Numbered from the stretch's first letter, positions 6,523-15,020 are shown. The stretch is 17,335 nucleotides of DNA from Bdellovibrionota bacterium (GCA_044356455.1 JBIKWF010000099.1:1-17335), one strand, 5' to 3'. The notes: generated from the sequence alone by a model not told the origin. Numbers and translations: made by a program.

Positions 6523-7320
6523 ATGAGTTCTCAAGGTAATACGTTGGACGCGGCTGCGCTCTTTGGCGCTGCCGCTGACCAGGGCCTCGTTTCGGCCGCC
6601 ACGCACCAGGCTTTGACGGTGGTGGATCTCGGCGCGCAGATTCAAGCTGCGCTCGGGACTCCCCCGGATCTGATCGAGGCCACCGAGCAGTTTTTGGTGG
6701 CGCTCGAGCTCGACGATTCGATTTCGATCCGGGTCGCCGGCAACGAGCAAATCGTGCGCGACGGTGTCAAGGAGGTCGTGAGGGCGCTCGGAGGTTCCAA
6801 GACCTCTGACGGGATTCTGATGTTGATTCATAAACTCAACAGCGGACTCCTGTGTCCGTTCACGCCGATTCGTGACGTTCCGCCAATCACGGCTCAGAAC
6901 TACTCGTGCAGTGGTGACACGCCCTTGTACGACCGTACGTTCGAGACGCTAAGTACCGTGCTCGCCAAGCAGGTGCAGGTCAACCAGACCGGCGCTCAGG
7001 TCCGTACGGCCACACTGATCGTGACTGACGGCGCCAACAATGCCTCGCGGCGCAGCGCGGCAGAGGTCAAGAAGCTCGTGATGGACCTGCTGAAGGCCGA
7101 GTGCCACATCGTCGCTGCCATGGGCATCGACGACGGCTCGACGGACTTCCGGCAGGTGTTCTCGGAAATGGGGATTCCCGACCAGTGGATCCTCACCCCC
7201 AAGAACAACCCGACCGAGATTCGGCGCGCGTTCAACCTGTTCTCGCGTTCAAGCGTGCAGGCCTCGCAAGGGGCTGCCAGCTTCAGCAAGACCAATGCCG
7301 GAGGATTCCAGACGCCGTAA
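6523..7320 (+). CDS. von Willebrand factor A (vWA) domain protein, TerY/YegL-like role
   Basis: MIDAS DxSxS in LELDDSISI, plus GDTPLYD, LIVTDGANNAS and VAAMGI. SD-like AGAAAGGAAGG upstream. Confidence 0.88.
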   Translation: MSSQGNTLDAAALFGAAADQGLVSAATHQALTVVDLGAQIQAALGTPPDLIEATEQFLVALELDDSISIRVAGNEQIVRDGVKEVVRALGGSKTSDGILMLIHKLNSGLLCPFTPIRDVPPITAQNYSCSGDTPLYDRTFETLSTVLAKQVQVNQTGAQVRTATLIVTDGANNASRRSAAEVKKLVMDLLKAECHIVAAMGIDDGSTDFRQVFSEMGIPDQWILTPKNNPTEIRRAFNLFSRSSVQASQGAASFSKTNAGGFQTP

Positions 7321-7566
7321 CCTAGGTGCCTGGCTCTTTCGGTTAATGAATCGATTTCAAGAAAGGAGGAATAGAAAGGACTTAGGTCCCTTCTTACCTC
7401 GTAGGTAAGCATGGGAAGGATTTTGATTTAGGCGCATCGGGGCGTGGCACCTTTAAGGGATAAAACCCACACGCCCCAATTTTTCTCTTCTTTGAGATTC
7501 TCTGGAACTGCCTACTTTCGCGCGATGCGCAGAGCGCTTGCTACAGTTCTTATGGCTTGTGGGAAC

Positions 7567-7679
7567 AACCACTAAGAACACAGAGATCACTAAGGGAAGT
7601 TTTTCTCTCTGTGATCTCTGTGTCCTCTGTGGTTTTTCAACAATTTAAATCAACCACAGAGGGCACAGAGTTCACAGAG
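7567..7679. repeat. Three 28-bp elements in alternating orientation, each three tandem 9-mers (nnCAC[A/T][G/A]AG)
   Basis: AACCACTAAGAACACAGAGATCACTAAG (7567-7594, +), CTCTGTGATCTCTGTGTCCTCTGTGGTT (7607-7634, -), AACCACAGAGGGCACAGAGTTCACAGAG (7652-7679, +). Confidence 0.85.
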
Positions 7680-7699
7680 TAGATTTTTTCAGAGATTTC

Positions 7700-7981
7700 C
7701 TAAATATCTTCGAGCCCAAGCGAGGCGCGATCTACGCCGGCAAGAGCTGCAAGTTCAGGGGAGGGGGCAATTCCCTCAATCGCACTACTTCCGATAATTT
7801 GAAGAGCTCGAATGCGCGGGTCTAGAGGGGGGAAATCTGATACGTGACCTTCGCCCTTAAGTATAAGACTTTCGCCTGGTGGGCGTGGCCTAAAAACAGA
7901 CTGGGATCCCGGGGCGGGAGATTCAGGGACTTCCCCCGGAGTTCGAAAAGTAAGCTCATTTTTAGGAGTCTCTTGTTGCAT
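7700..7981 (-). CDS. Possible small hypothetical protein (93 aa from ATG 7981) with an (S/T)xxxEG Fic-inhibitory-like motif
   Basis: Lies in an otherwise gene-free 1-kb gap. Pro-rich N-half, then RIRALQIIGSSAIEGIAPSPE. No convincing RBS. Confidence 0.3.
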   Translation of the reverse strand: MQQETPKNELTFRTPGEVPESPAPGSQSVFRPRPPGESLILKGEGHVSDFPPLDPRIRALQIIGSSAIEGIAPSPELAALAGVDRASLGLEDI

Positions 7982-8056
7982 AGTGCCCACGCTACCATAA
8001 CTGCTCCCTTTCACCCCAAGGGAGTGAGGGACAGGCGCTCAGACGATTCAATTAGT

Positions 8057-8267
8057 TACCACCTCCCATTTGCACCACTAAGACCACGTAGGGCGACTTT
8101 TTCAGTGGTCCCTTAAGTCAGGATTCGACCTTGGTAGTGGGGAAGGGGGTGGTACTATCTCTTCCTCCCCGTTGAATAATAATTGCAGCGGGTGTGAACT
8201 AGGGAACCTCTGAAAAGGTCTTCCTTCGTGGTCTTTGAGGTCTTAGTGGTGCAAATGAGAGATGGTA
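8057..8267. mobile_element. MITE-like element with 29-bp terminal inverted repeats
   Basis: TACCACCTCCCATTTGCACCACTAAGACC (8057-8085) versus the reverse complement of 8239-8267, TACCATCTCTCATTTGCACCACTAAGACC: 27/29 identical. Both ends finish in TA. No transposase inside. Confidence 0.55.
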
Positions 8268-8370
8268 TCCACCCTGATGCATGGGCTCGCCACAAAGACC
8301 ACAAAGTTGGGGGAAGGGTTTTTTCTGAGGCTCCCCAGTAATGAGGTCTCGTTGTTGTTTGGTGTAGTAC

Positions 8371-11016
8371 ATGACGCTTCGCAGTGATGTTCCGGTTTCG
8401 TCTTCCCTCCCATCAAGAGAACTATCTGAAGCTGGAACTTCAGCCTCTGTGTTTCAGGCGCTTGTAACCGAGCTTGCAAGAACACATGCGCCAGCGGTTC
8501 AAACGCTTTCCTACGAGCAGTATCTAGGTAATGTCCTTGCCTCTCCCCATCTCTTCCTTCGAAACAGTGCAGGCTACCTCGCTGATGCCATCTCATCTTT
8601 CGGGTCCACTCCGCTCAAGCGCTTTGGAAAGGAGATTCTAGCCTTTGAGTGCGTAAACCGCCCGTGGCTTCCGGCCCAGGTGCGAGAACAAGAGCGCATC
8701 ATTGGCCAAGAGCTTCCGCTCTTTGATCTTTATTCGGTGTGCCGCGAACTCGGACGAAGTCCACACCCGCGAAAGCAGATAATCCTGCATGGTCAGCCAG
8801 GATCTGGAAAAACTACTCTTGCGGAGATGATAGTTGAAGCCGCCGAGCATTATTCTCAAACAAATCCTGAAGGGGCTCTTTACCGCCTTGCTTTTCGGCT
8901 GAGCGATGAAAGCGTTACCACAAGTATCGCATCTGTTCTTCGTGCAGCGGATGCTGACCGGATAAATGCAGCCAAAGTTGGCCGATCTCAAATTAGATTG
9001 GAGTCGGGATGGAACACCGATCCGCTCTTTCTCATGCAGTCCCGCAGATCGGAAGATGGAATAGAGAGTCAGCGTGAGTCATTGGCAGCTCTTATCCAAA
9101 AGACGGCAAGTCGTAAGAAGGGATCGGCCCAAGAAGGCTCGCGTTATGTTAATACTGACTACCTCTTAAGGGGAGAGCTCGACCCGTTTTCCAAGACCGT
9201 CTTCGAGGAACTCATTCGCTTCTATAAGGGAGACGTGGCGACCGTGTTTAATCGCCACGTTGTGGTTGAGCGTTGGGTGCTTGACCGCGGGCGAGGCGAG
9301 GGCATTAATGAGTTGAGCACAAAGGGCGATACTCATGTACGCCGTGAGGTTGCGCATGTGCCTACTGGTTATGGGGCGGGACGTGACATCCCTCAGCTTG
9401 ATCAAAGTCAGACCCCGACAATTAGAGTTATTAGTCCTCTCACGCGATCAAATCGAGGCATTCTTGTGCACTCGGACATGCTCAGGGTCTCGCCTGGTAC
9501 TGATGTCCCAACGATTGGTTCCTATAATCACTTGCTCGACGCCATTGAGCACGGGAAGAACTTAGACCATGGAGCGGTTGGAAAAATTGGGGTTTGCTTT
9601 GTTGCCACTACTACGAGTCATGATGCTTACCGCGCTCAGGAGAATGTTCAGAATGAATTTGACTCGTTCGCGAGACGGACGAAGTTCGTCACGGTTCCCC
9701 ATCTCCGAAGGGCGATTGATGAACAGCAGCTTGTAAGGCGCGCGCTCGAGCGACACGCGCCGAAAGATGAGCGCGAGATTGACCCTTACGTTGAGCGGCT
9801 GATTGCTTTGTTTACCGTAGCGAGCCGGACATTTCCTCCAGATTCCGAGGCGCTCATACAGAAGAGCGAACCGCTTGCTTTCATCAAAGGCATGACACTG
9901 CTTGAGAAGATTATATTACTCGATGAGAAAGTAGGGCCGGATGCGGATGGCGAGCTCAATTTGTTTCGGGCCAATTCACAGGCTTGGAATTCTGATCAGC
10001 TTCGAAAGCTAAGAGAGAATATTGGTCTCATTGCAGATCAGTTCCAGGTCGGCGTGGGGAGGACCCGCTTTGTTTCTTATGAAGGCGGATCCGGGATTCC
10101 TTCAAGCGAGACAGCTTCGCTTGTTGCGGAGATTGTGAATGCCACTCCGGTAGGATGTATCACAGTTATTGATGCACTCAAGCTTCTTGAAGAGCGCTGC
10201 GATGGGGGATTTTCTCACTATGCCGAGGTAGAGAAGTATCGCCAGGGCGAAATAAGAAAATTGGTAAAGCGTGCGAGGCGGGCGGCGCTTAGAGATGGAG
10301 AGACGGTTGGGAGGAAGGAACTAGAAAAGTTTCGGGCAGACGCAGAGAAGGAGTTTAGTGCCCAGTGGCGCTTTCAGCGAGCTGAAGACGTTTTGAAGGC
10401 AGTCGAGTCCTGGGCTCAGCGCACTATCTTTCGCGATATTAGCCTTGCGCTGAATGAGGCTACTATGGTTTCAGGTATGTCTCTTCAGAAATACGTAGCG
10501 CACGTACGGGCATCTCTTTCCCCGGGTACAGAGGTTCCGCCAGAGTATAGAGGAAGTAGATTGTCAAAAAATTCTGGCCCCGATGAGGCGGTGATGGTGG
10601 CCTTCGAGAATCTCGCGGCGGGAGGGGCTGACCATTTTGGACGCGCGCGATCTCGCGCGCAGTATCGCCAGGGCATCATGACTACGTTAAACACCGCAGC
10701 CATAGATCATCAAGATGACCCTTCTTGGGTAGTAAATAATCTTTCCTCTCTTTTTCCTGAAATCGCGAGAAACATCGAGGTTTCAGCCTCTCTTACGCCT
10801 CAGAGACGAGCTGAGATAAAGGAGCTTGTCGCGAATATTCAGAGTTTTGAGACGCCAGGCAACCTGCGTGAGGCTGAGCAGGACAAGTTGAGGGAGCGCG
10901 ACCTAAGAATCTATAGAACCGTCATGGAGTATCTAAAAGAGAAGAGAAGATATCCCCCTTCCTGTATCGTCAGATTAGTCTCTTGGGCAGCAAAAAGCGA
11001 TGCGAGTAGGGGGTAG
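8371..11016 (+). CDS. Divergent PrkA/YeaG-like P-loop (AAA+) protein
   Basis: Walker A in IILHGQPGSGKTT. PrkA-like segments in the expected order: LSYEQYL...RNSAGYLADAI, GALYRL, DPLFL, RHVVVERW, SNRGIL, FARR, YEGGSG. Confidence 0.72.
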   Translation: MTLRSDVPVSSSLPSRELSEAGTSASVFQALVTELARTHAPAVQTLSYEQYLGNVLASPHLFLRNSAGYLADAISSFGSTPLKRFGKEILAFECVNRPWLPAQVREQERIIGQELPLFDLYSVCRELGRSPHPRKQIILHGQPGSGKTTLAEMIVEAAEHYSQTNPEGALYRLAFRLSDESVTTSIASVLRAADADRINAAKVGRSQIRLESGWNTDPLFLMQSRRSEDGIESQRESLAALIQKTASRKKGSAQEGSRYVNTDYLLRGELDPFSKTVFEELIRFYKGDVATVFNRHVVVERWVLDRGRGEGINELSTKGDTHVRREVAHVPTGYGAGRDIPQLDQSQTPTIRVISPLTRSNRGILVHSDMLRVSPGTDVPTIGSYNHLLDAIEHGKNLDHGAVGKIGVCFVATTTSHDAYRAQENVQNEFDSFARRTKFVTVPHLRRAIDEQQLVRRALERHAPKDEREIDPYVERLIALFTVASRTFPPDSEALIQKSEPLAFIKGMTLLEKIILLDEKVGPDADGELNLFRANSQAWNSDQLRKLRENIGLIADQFQVGVGRTRFVSYEGGSGIPSSETASLVAEIVNATPVGCITVIDALKLLEERCDGGFSHYAEVEKYRQGEIRKLVKRARRAALRDGETVGRKELEKFRADAEKEFSAQWRFQRAEDVLKAVESWAQRTIFRDISLALNEATMVSGMSLQKYVAHVRASLSPGTEVPPEYRGSRLSKNSGPDEAVMVAFENLAAGGADHFGRARSRAQYRQGIMTTLNTAAIDHQDDPSWVVNNLSSLFPEIARNIEVSASLTPQRRAEIKELVANIQSFETPGNLREAEQDKLRERDLRIYRTVMEYLKEKRRYPPSCIVRLVSWAAKSDASRG

Positions 11017-11053
11017 CTGCTAAAGGAACGAGCGCTAAGATCAGCTCACAAGA

Positions 11054-12955
11054 CTAATGAGGAGCATTCAAAGTCCGCTCAAGTTCCTCAGCCCGGTCAA
11101 GCCATTTCCCAAGGCTTAGTCCAATGCCGCGTGCCCAAAAGGTGGGATCGTTGGGATCAAGATCGAAGGGCTTCAAAAGCTCCCCCGCATCTTTGCTTCC
11201 TCCGGCCCGCAAAAGGTCCAGGTATTTAGGCTCAAATGATTTGCCAAGTGCGCTGCGCATTACAAACAAACTTTGCGTGAGAAGCTCGCCAAACGCATAG
11301 GCATAGACATAAAACGGGTTCATGAAGTGCGAGACATAGCTCCACAAATAATCAATGTCGCTATAGGTAAAAATCTCGCCTTCTGGTCCGTAGAGCTCTG
11401 CGGTGCCATCTATCCAAAGACCACAAAAATCTTTTGTGGTGAGCTTGCCATTTTTGCGTGCGGCATGCGCGCGTTGCTCAAAGAAGCTAAAGCCAATTTG
11501 GCGCACGACGCTGTTGATGAAATCTGAGCTTTTCTCCATGAGAAGTGCGAGCTCGGCTTCCGGAGTGCGCGCTTGTTTTACAAGATGTTCAAAAACAAGC
11601 ATCTCGCCAAAAATCGAGGCCGTTTCGGCGTATGCTAAGGGAGCCTGGAATAGTAGCGGTCCTTGCGCTTCGGCCGCGAGTAGCCCATGCACGCCGTGCC
11701 CAAATTCATGCGCAAGCGTCATGACATCCCGCTCGGTGCCGAGGTAGTTCATCAAAGTATACGATCTATTTCCGTAGGGTGGGGGAAGGGCGACGGAGTA
11801 ATTAAAAGCTCCCGACTGCTTGCCTTTGTAGGAGGGCGCATCGACCCAGCCCTTTTCGGCCATCATGCCGGCCATTTGAGAAAGAGTGGGGCTAAACGAA
11901 CCCCAGGCATCTTGGACGAGCGTAAGGGCGGCGTCCCAGGAAATGCCGGCTTCTGGAGTGCGCCGAATACGCGCAGTGCGGTCTGACCAGCGTAGCACCT
12001 TCTTGCCGATCTGTCTTGAAAGGAGCTGATAGTACCTACGTGCCTGCTTGGCGCCTTCGGTGCGTACCGCTTCGTGCAAAGCGTCGACCATCTGGTCCGA
12101 TACGCGATTCTCAAGGTTTCGAGCAGCCATAGAGTGGGGATAGCCGCGCTCGTCATCCTCAAGCCCTTTCTCGCCTATCATGCTGTTTAAGGCCCGGGTC
12201 GCAACGGGAGCGAGTCCTTTCTTTAATCCGCGATTTAGGCTTTGCATCGCAGAAAAGCGCACATCGCTTTCATGATGATGAAGGGCCAGATTAAGCACCT
12301 CAGTCATAGAAAGGTTACGCCGCGGAGCATCGGGATGTTGCACTTTAAAGCGCAGCCCCACTTCAAGCTCGTCAACATAGTCTTGCCATTCCGAGGGGCC
12401 AAAAGGGGCGCGCAGGGTGAGCGCACGTTCAACATCGGCGCTTAGAAGATGTTTCGCTTGAGCGCGTAGGTGATCAAGGTAAGGTTTGTGATGTTGAACG
12501 ACGGGGCTCTTGGCAAGTTGTTTCTGATAGTCAGCGTCCGAAACCTCGCGCCCAATTTCTTGGTCAAAGAATGTAAGAAAATTAGCCGAAGCCTTCGACC
12601 ACTGCTCGCGGGCTCTGCCCTGGGCCTGCTGAATTTTCTCGCTACTCGCGTCGCAGGCTTGGCGTAGCCCAAGGTACATAAATATTTTGCTGGTATCACG
12701 AGTTACCTCGCGAAGTTCGCTCAGCGCTTCCGCGAGAAGGCTCGACAGCTTTCCCGCATAAGCCTCATGAAAACGCTGGGCACGTGCGATGGCCTGAGCA
12801 AGGTCCGACCAAAGTTTAGGATCCGTGATGTCTTTGTAAATTTCATCAAGCCGAAAGCGAACCTTCTCCGCTCCTCCCAGCTCCGCTACACCTGGGGCAG
12901 GAGTGGAGGAGGAGGGTAAAGTTGAAGAAGGGGCATTCGAGCTAAGGCGTTTCAT
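11054..12955 (-). CDS. pepF: Oligoendopeptidase F (peptidase M3B family)
   Basis: GKQSGAF, LMNY, DVMTLAHEFGHGVH (HExxH zinc motif), AETASIFGEML, FYVYAYAFG, YLDLLRAGGS. Confidence 0.93.
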   Translation of the reverse strand: MKRLSSNAPSSTLPSSSTPAPGVAELGGAEKVRFRLDEIYKDITDPKLWSDLAQAIARAQRFHEAYAGKLSSLLAEALSELREVTRDTSKIFMYLGLRQACDASSEKIQQAQGRAREQWSKASANFLTFFDQEIGREVSDADYQKQLAKSPVVQHHKPYLDHLRAQAKHLLSADVERALTLRAPFGPSEWQDYVDELEVGLRFKVQHPDAPRRNLSMTEVLNLALHHHESDVRFSAMQSLNRGLKKGLAPVATRALNSMIGEKGLEDDERGYPHSMAARNLENRVSDQMVDALHEAVRTEGAKQARRYYQLLSRQIGKKVLRWSDRTARIRRTPEAGISWDAALTLVQDAWGSFSPTLSQMAGMMAEKGWVDAPSYKGKQSGAFNYSVALPPPYGNRSYTLMNYLGTERDVMTLAHEFGHGVHGLLAAEAQGPLLFQAPLAYAETASIFGEMLVFEHLVKQARTPEAELALLMEKSSDFINSVVRQIGFSFFEQRAHAARKNGKLTTKDFCGLWIDGTAELYGPEGEIFTYSDIDYLWSYVSHFMNPFYVYAYAFGELLTQSLFVMRSALGKSFEPKYLDLLRAGGSKDAGELLKPFDLDPNDPTFWARGIGLSLGKWLDRAEELERTLNAPH

Positions 12956-13211
12956 GGACCGGTTCCTTTACGTGAATCAGCCGTGCACGTTAGCAGTAGA
13001 ATGGGGGTTCGACCATAACCATGTGAGGAAAGGGGGGGGCTACCTCGTATAGGGACCATATAAGGCGCTTGGCGGTGAGCATTTGAGAGTAATCCTCGCT
13101 GATCTGCGGTTTATTTGCTTAGGGCTGCCATTTCGGTCACTTTCAGTGAGGCTATAGGTGGCTCAGGCCGCATAACCAAAATGGCCCTATAAGGTAGTGG
13201 ACGTCGCATCT

Positions 13212-14216
13212 ATGGCAGATAGCCCAAATCCAGAGCGTCAAGCTGGCGAGTCCCCCAAAAGGATTAGTCCCTTCGATGACCTTACCTGGCGTACCCTTCC
13301 CATAACCGCGGTGGAGCGTTCTGCCTTAAAGTTTGGCGGGGAGGCCGGAGGCCAGCTTGATCCTACTCTCTTCCCCCGGAAAGTGGCGCTCACCGATTAT
13401 GGATATCAGCCGCTGGGAGAGGGGGCCTCACGTGAGGATAGGCTTAAAGAGGTAGCCCTCTTTGCAGGCAGATCTTTTGCGCATGCCTTTAAGAGCTTTA
13501 AGGGAGTTCAGCCCGAGGAGCTAGAAGAATCTCTGCGTGCGCACCTTGCAGGTATTATTGAGGCCTTCTCTGAGATTGACCCGGCTGCGGTTTCGAGTGT
13601 CGTTCATAGTTTTTACGTAATTGAGCGTGATCTTCGGTTTCTTGAGCAGGCCCGAAATGTTCCAGGGGGACGTGAGGCTTTTGAAGCTCGTCACAATCTT
13701 ATCTGTGATGAAATGGGTGTTGATTTCGTGCGGGATGGCCTCTTTGAGACACTCGTAGAGTCGAAGCTTTTCGCTTTGAGAGGATTTCTCGACGTAACAG
13801 AAGGGCTCATTAAACGAGCGCACCGCGTCGCTGGTCTGTCCCGCTCGCTTGAAGAGATTCAGGGCCATCTTGACGCTGCTTCCCCTGGACTTGGAGAGAC
13901 GATTCGCTCAGTGACGCAACATCCTTTTGCCGTAATCGTAAACTGTGTGGTTGGCTCCGAGCGCTCCCTAATCGACGAGCTTGATTTGGGTGGCCGTGTC
14001 GCAGGACGCTTAAAGAAAGAGCCCCATATTATCGTGGTGGATGAGGGATGGGCCTCTTCAGAGTATGAGCTGCAGCGAGATCTAAGAGGCGTGATTGCGG
14101 AAAGTGTTGCAGATCACTTCACGCGCCCCTGCTGGGCAGAGGCAAAAGGAACGTTTAGCTTCAAGTCAGAAAGAGAATTTATTTTGTATATGCTCTTTGG
14201 AGAGGATGCTCCCTAG
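13212..14216 (+). CDS. Hypothetical protein
   Basis: Long ORF with ordinary globular composition and no recognised motif. ATG 13212 chosen; GTG 13197 is an alternative. Confidence 0.7.
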   Translation: MADSPNPERQAGESPKRISPFDDLTWRTLPITAVERSALKFGGEAGGQLDPTLFPRKVALTDYGYQPLGEGASREDRLKEVALFAGRSFAHAFKSFKGVQPEELEESLRAHLAGIIEAFSEIDPAAVSSVVHSFYVIERDLRFLEQARNVPGGREAFEARHNLICDEMGVDFVRDGLFETLVESKLFALRGFLDVTEGLIKRAHRVAGLSRSLEEIQGHLDAASPGLGETIRSVTQHPFAVIVNCVVGSERSLIDELDLGGRVAGRLKKEPHIIVVDEGWASSEYELQRDLRGVIAESVADHFTRPCWAEAKGTFSFKSEREFILYMLFGEDAP

Positions 14217-14329
14217 GGGTCTGTCCCGTAGAAAACTCTTCCCATTACATGTTTTGGTGGCAGCGGGACAGCCCACCCACGGATTGTGTCCAAAATGAAG
14301 ATTTATGTTTCTATGGGACACACTCCTAG
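14213..14329. mobile_element. MITE-like inverted-repeat element bounded by CTAG
   Basis: CCTAGGGGTCTGTCCCGTAGAAA (14212-14234) versus the reverse complement of 14308-14330, CCTAGGAGTGTGTCCCATAGAAA: 20/23 identical. CTAG at 14213-14216 and 14326-14329. Confidence 0.65.
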
Positions 14330-14913
14330 GAGCGACCAGTCCGAGGGGCGTTAAAGAAGCCTCCTTCAGAGATGGCGTCTGGTCCCAAGGCCGAACGTCC
14401 GTCAGCTCGCAGGCCAAACCTTTCAGGCGGCATAGCGTTTTCTCGTGAGGTATTCTCCCTAGTCGGTGTTAGGCCCCCGCGATTAAGTCTGGTTTCAATT
14501 GCTTTCATCGTCTCTTCAAGCGCTCCCACCTGATGCTGAACGCCTACGGTGAGGTGCCTGATGTCGCCAAGTTCTTGTTTGAAATAGCCAATTGTTCCCT
14601 TGGCATCTGAGCTCATACTCTGAGATTTTACGGCCTCACGCAGGGCTATCTCAAGCAGGTCTAGTCTCGCCATAATGTCTTCGGCACCGTGACTTGGTCC
14701 CTTACGCATGGAAAGGAGAAGCAAGGCGGTAAGGAGGGCAATAAGTAATGCCATGCCCGCAAAGGCAAGTTGAACCTCACTTCCTCCGCCCAAGCGGTCG
14801 GATATCACTGAGGTCATAGAACCAAGGCTATCGGTGGCCTTCTTGAGCGATGTCACCGCAGATTCGGCCTTCGCCTCTGATAGCAAATGTAGCGCAACTT
14901 CTTGAAAAGACAT
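14326..14913 (-). CDS. Hypothetical single-pass membrane protein with a coiled-coil-like region
   Basis: Hydrophobic run LAFAGMALLIALLTALLLLSM followed by RK, then heptad-like IMARLDLLEIALRE and VGALEETMKAIETRL. Confidence 0.72.
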   Translation of the reverse strand: MSFQEVALHLLSEAKAESAVTSLKKATDSLGSMTSVISDRLGGGSEVQLAFAGMALLIALLTALLLLSMRKGPSHGAEDIMARLDLLEIALREAVKSQSMSSDAKGTIGYFKQELGDIRHLTVGVQHQVGALEETMKAIETRLNRGGLTPTRENTSRENAMPPERFGLRADGRSALGPDAISEGGFFNAPRTGRS

Positions 14914-15003
14914 GTGTTACTCTCGCTTAATGCCCAAGCTCATGGAGGCTTTGCAGCTCTCCCCTTAAAAGAACGGTTTCTAGGCACTGCTCCTAAAAGA
15001 GTG

Positions 15004-15020
15004 AGCAATTCGTATGCCAG
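15004..15020 (-). promoter_or_regulatory. Sigma-54 (-24/-12) promoter consensus
   Basis: Minus strand reads CTGGCATACGAATTGCT, with exact GG-N10-GC spacing, ~90 bp upstream of and oriented towards the 14913 start. Confidence 0.65.

Noticed and set aside
7866..7971. Nested pairings (AGACT/AGTCT, CCTAAAAA/TTTTTAGG, CCGGGG/CCCCGG) suggesting a riboswitch or ncRNA
   Set aside because: Short helices, no recognisable family motif, and overlap with a possible ORF; cannot be distinguished from chance without folding statistics.
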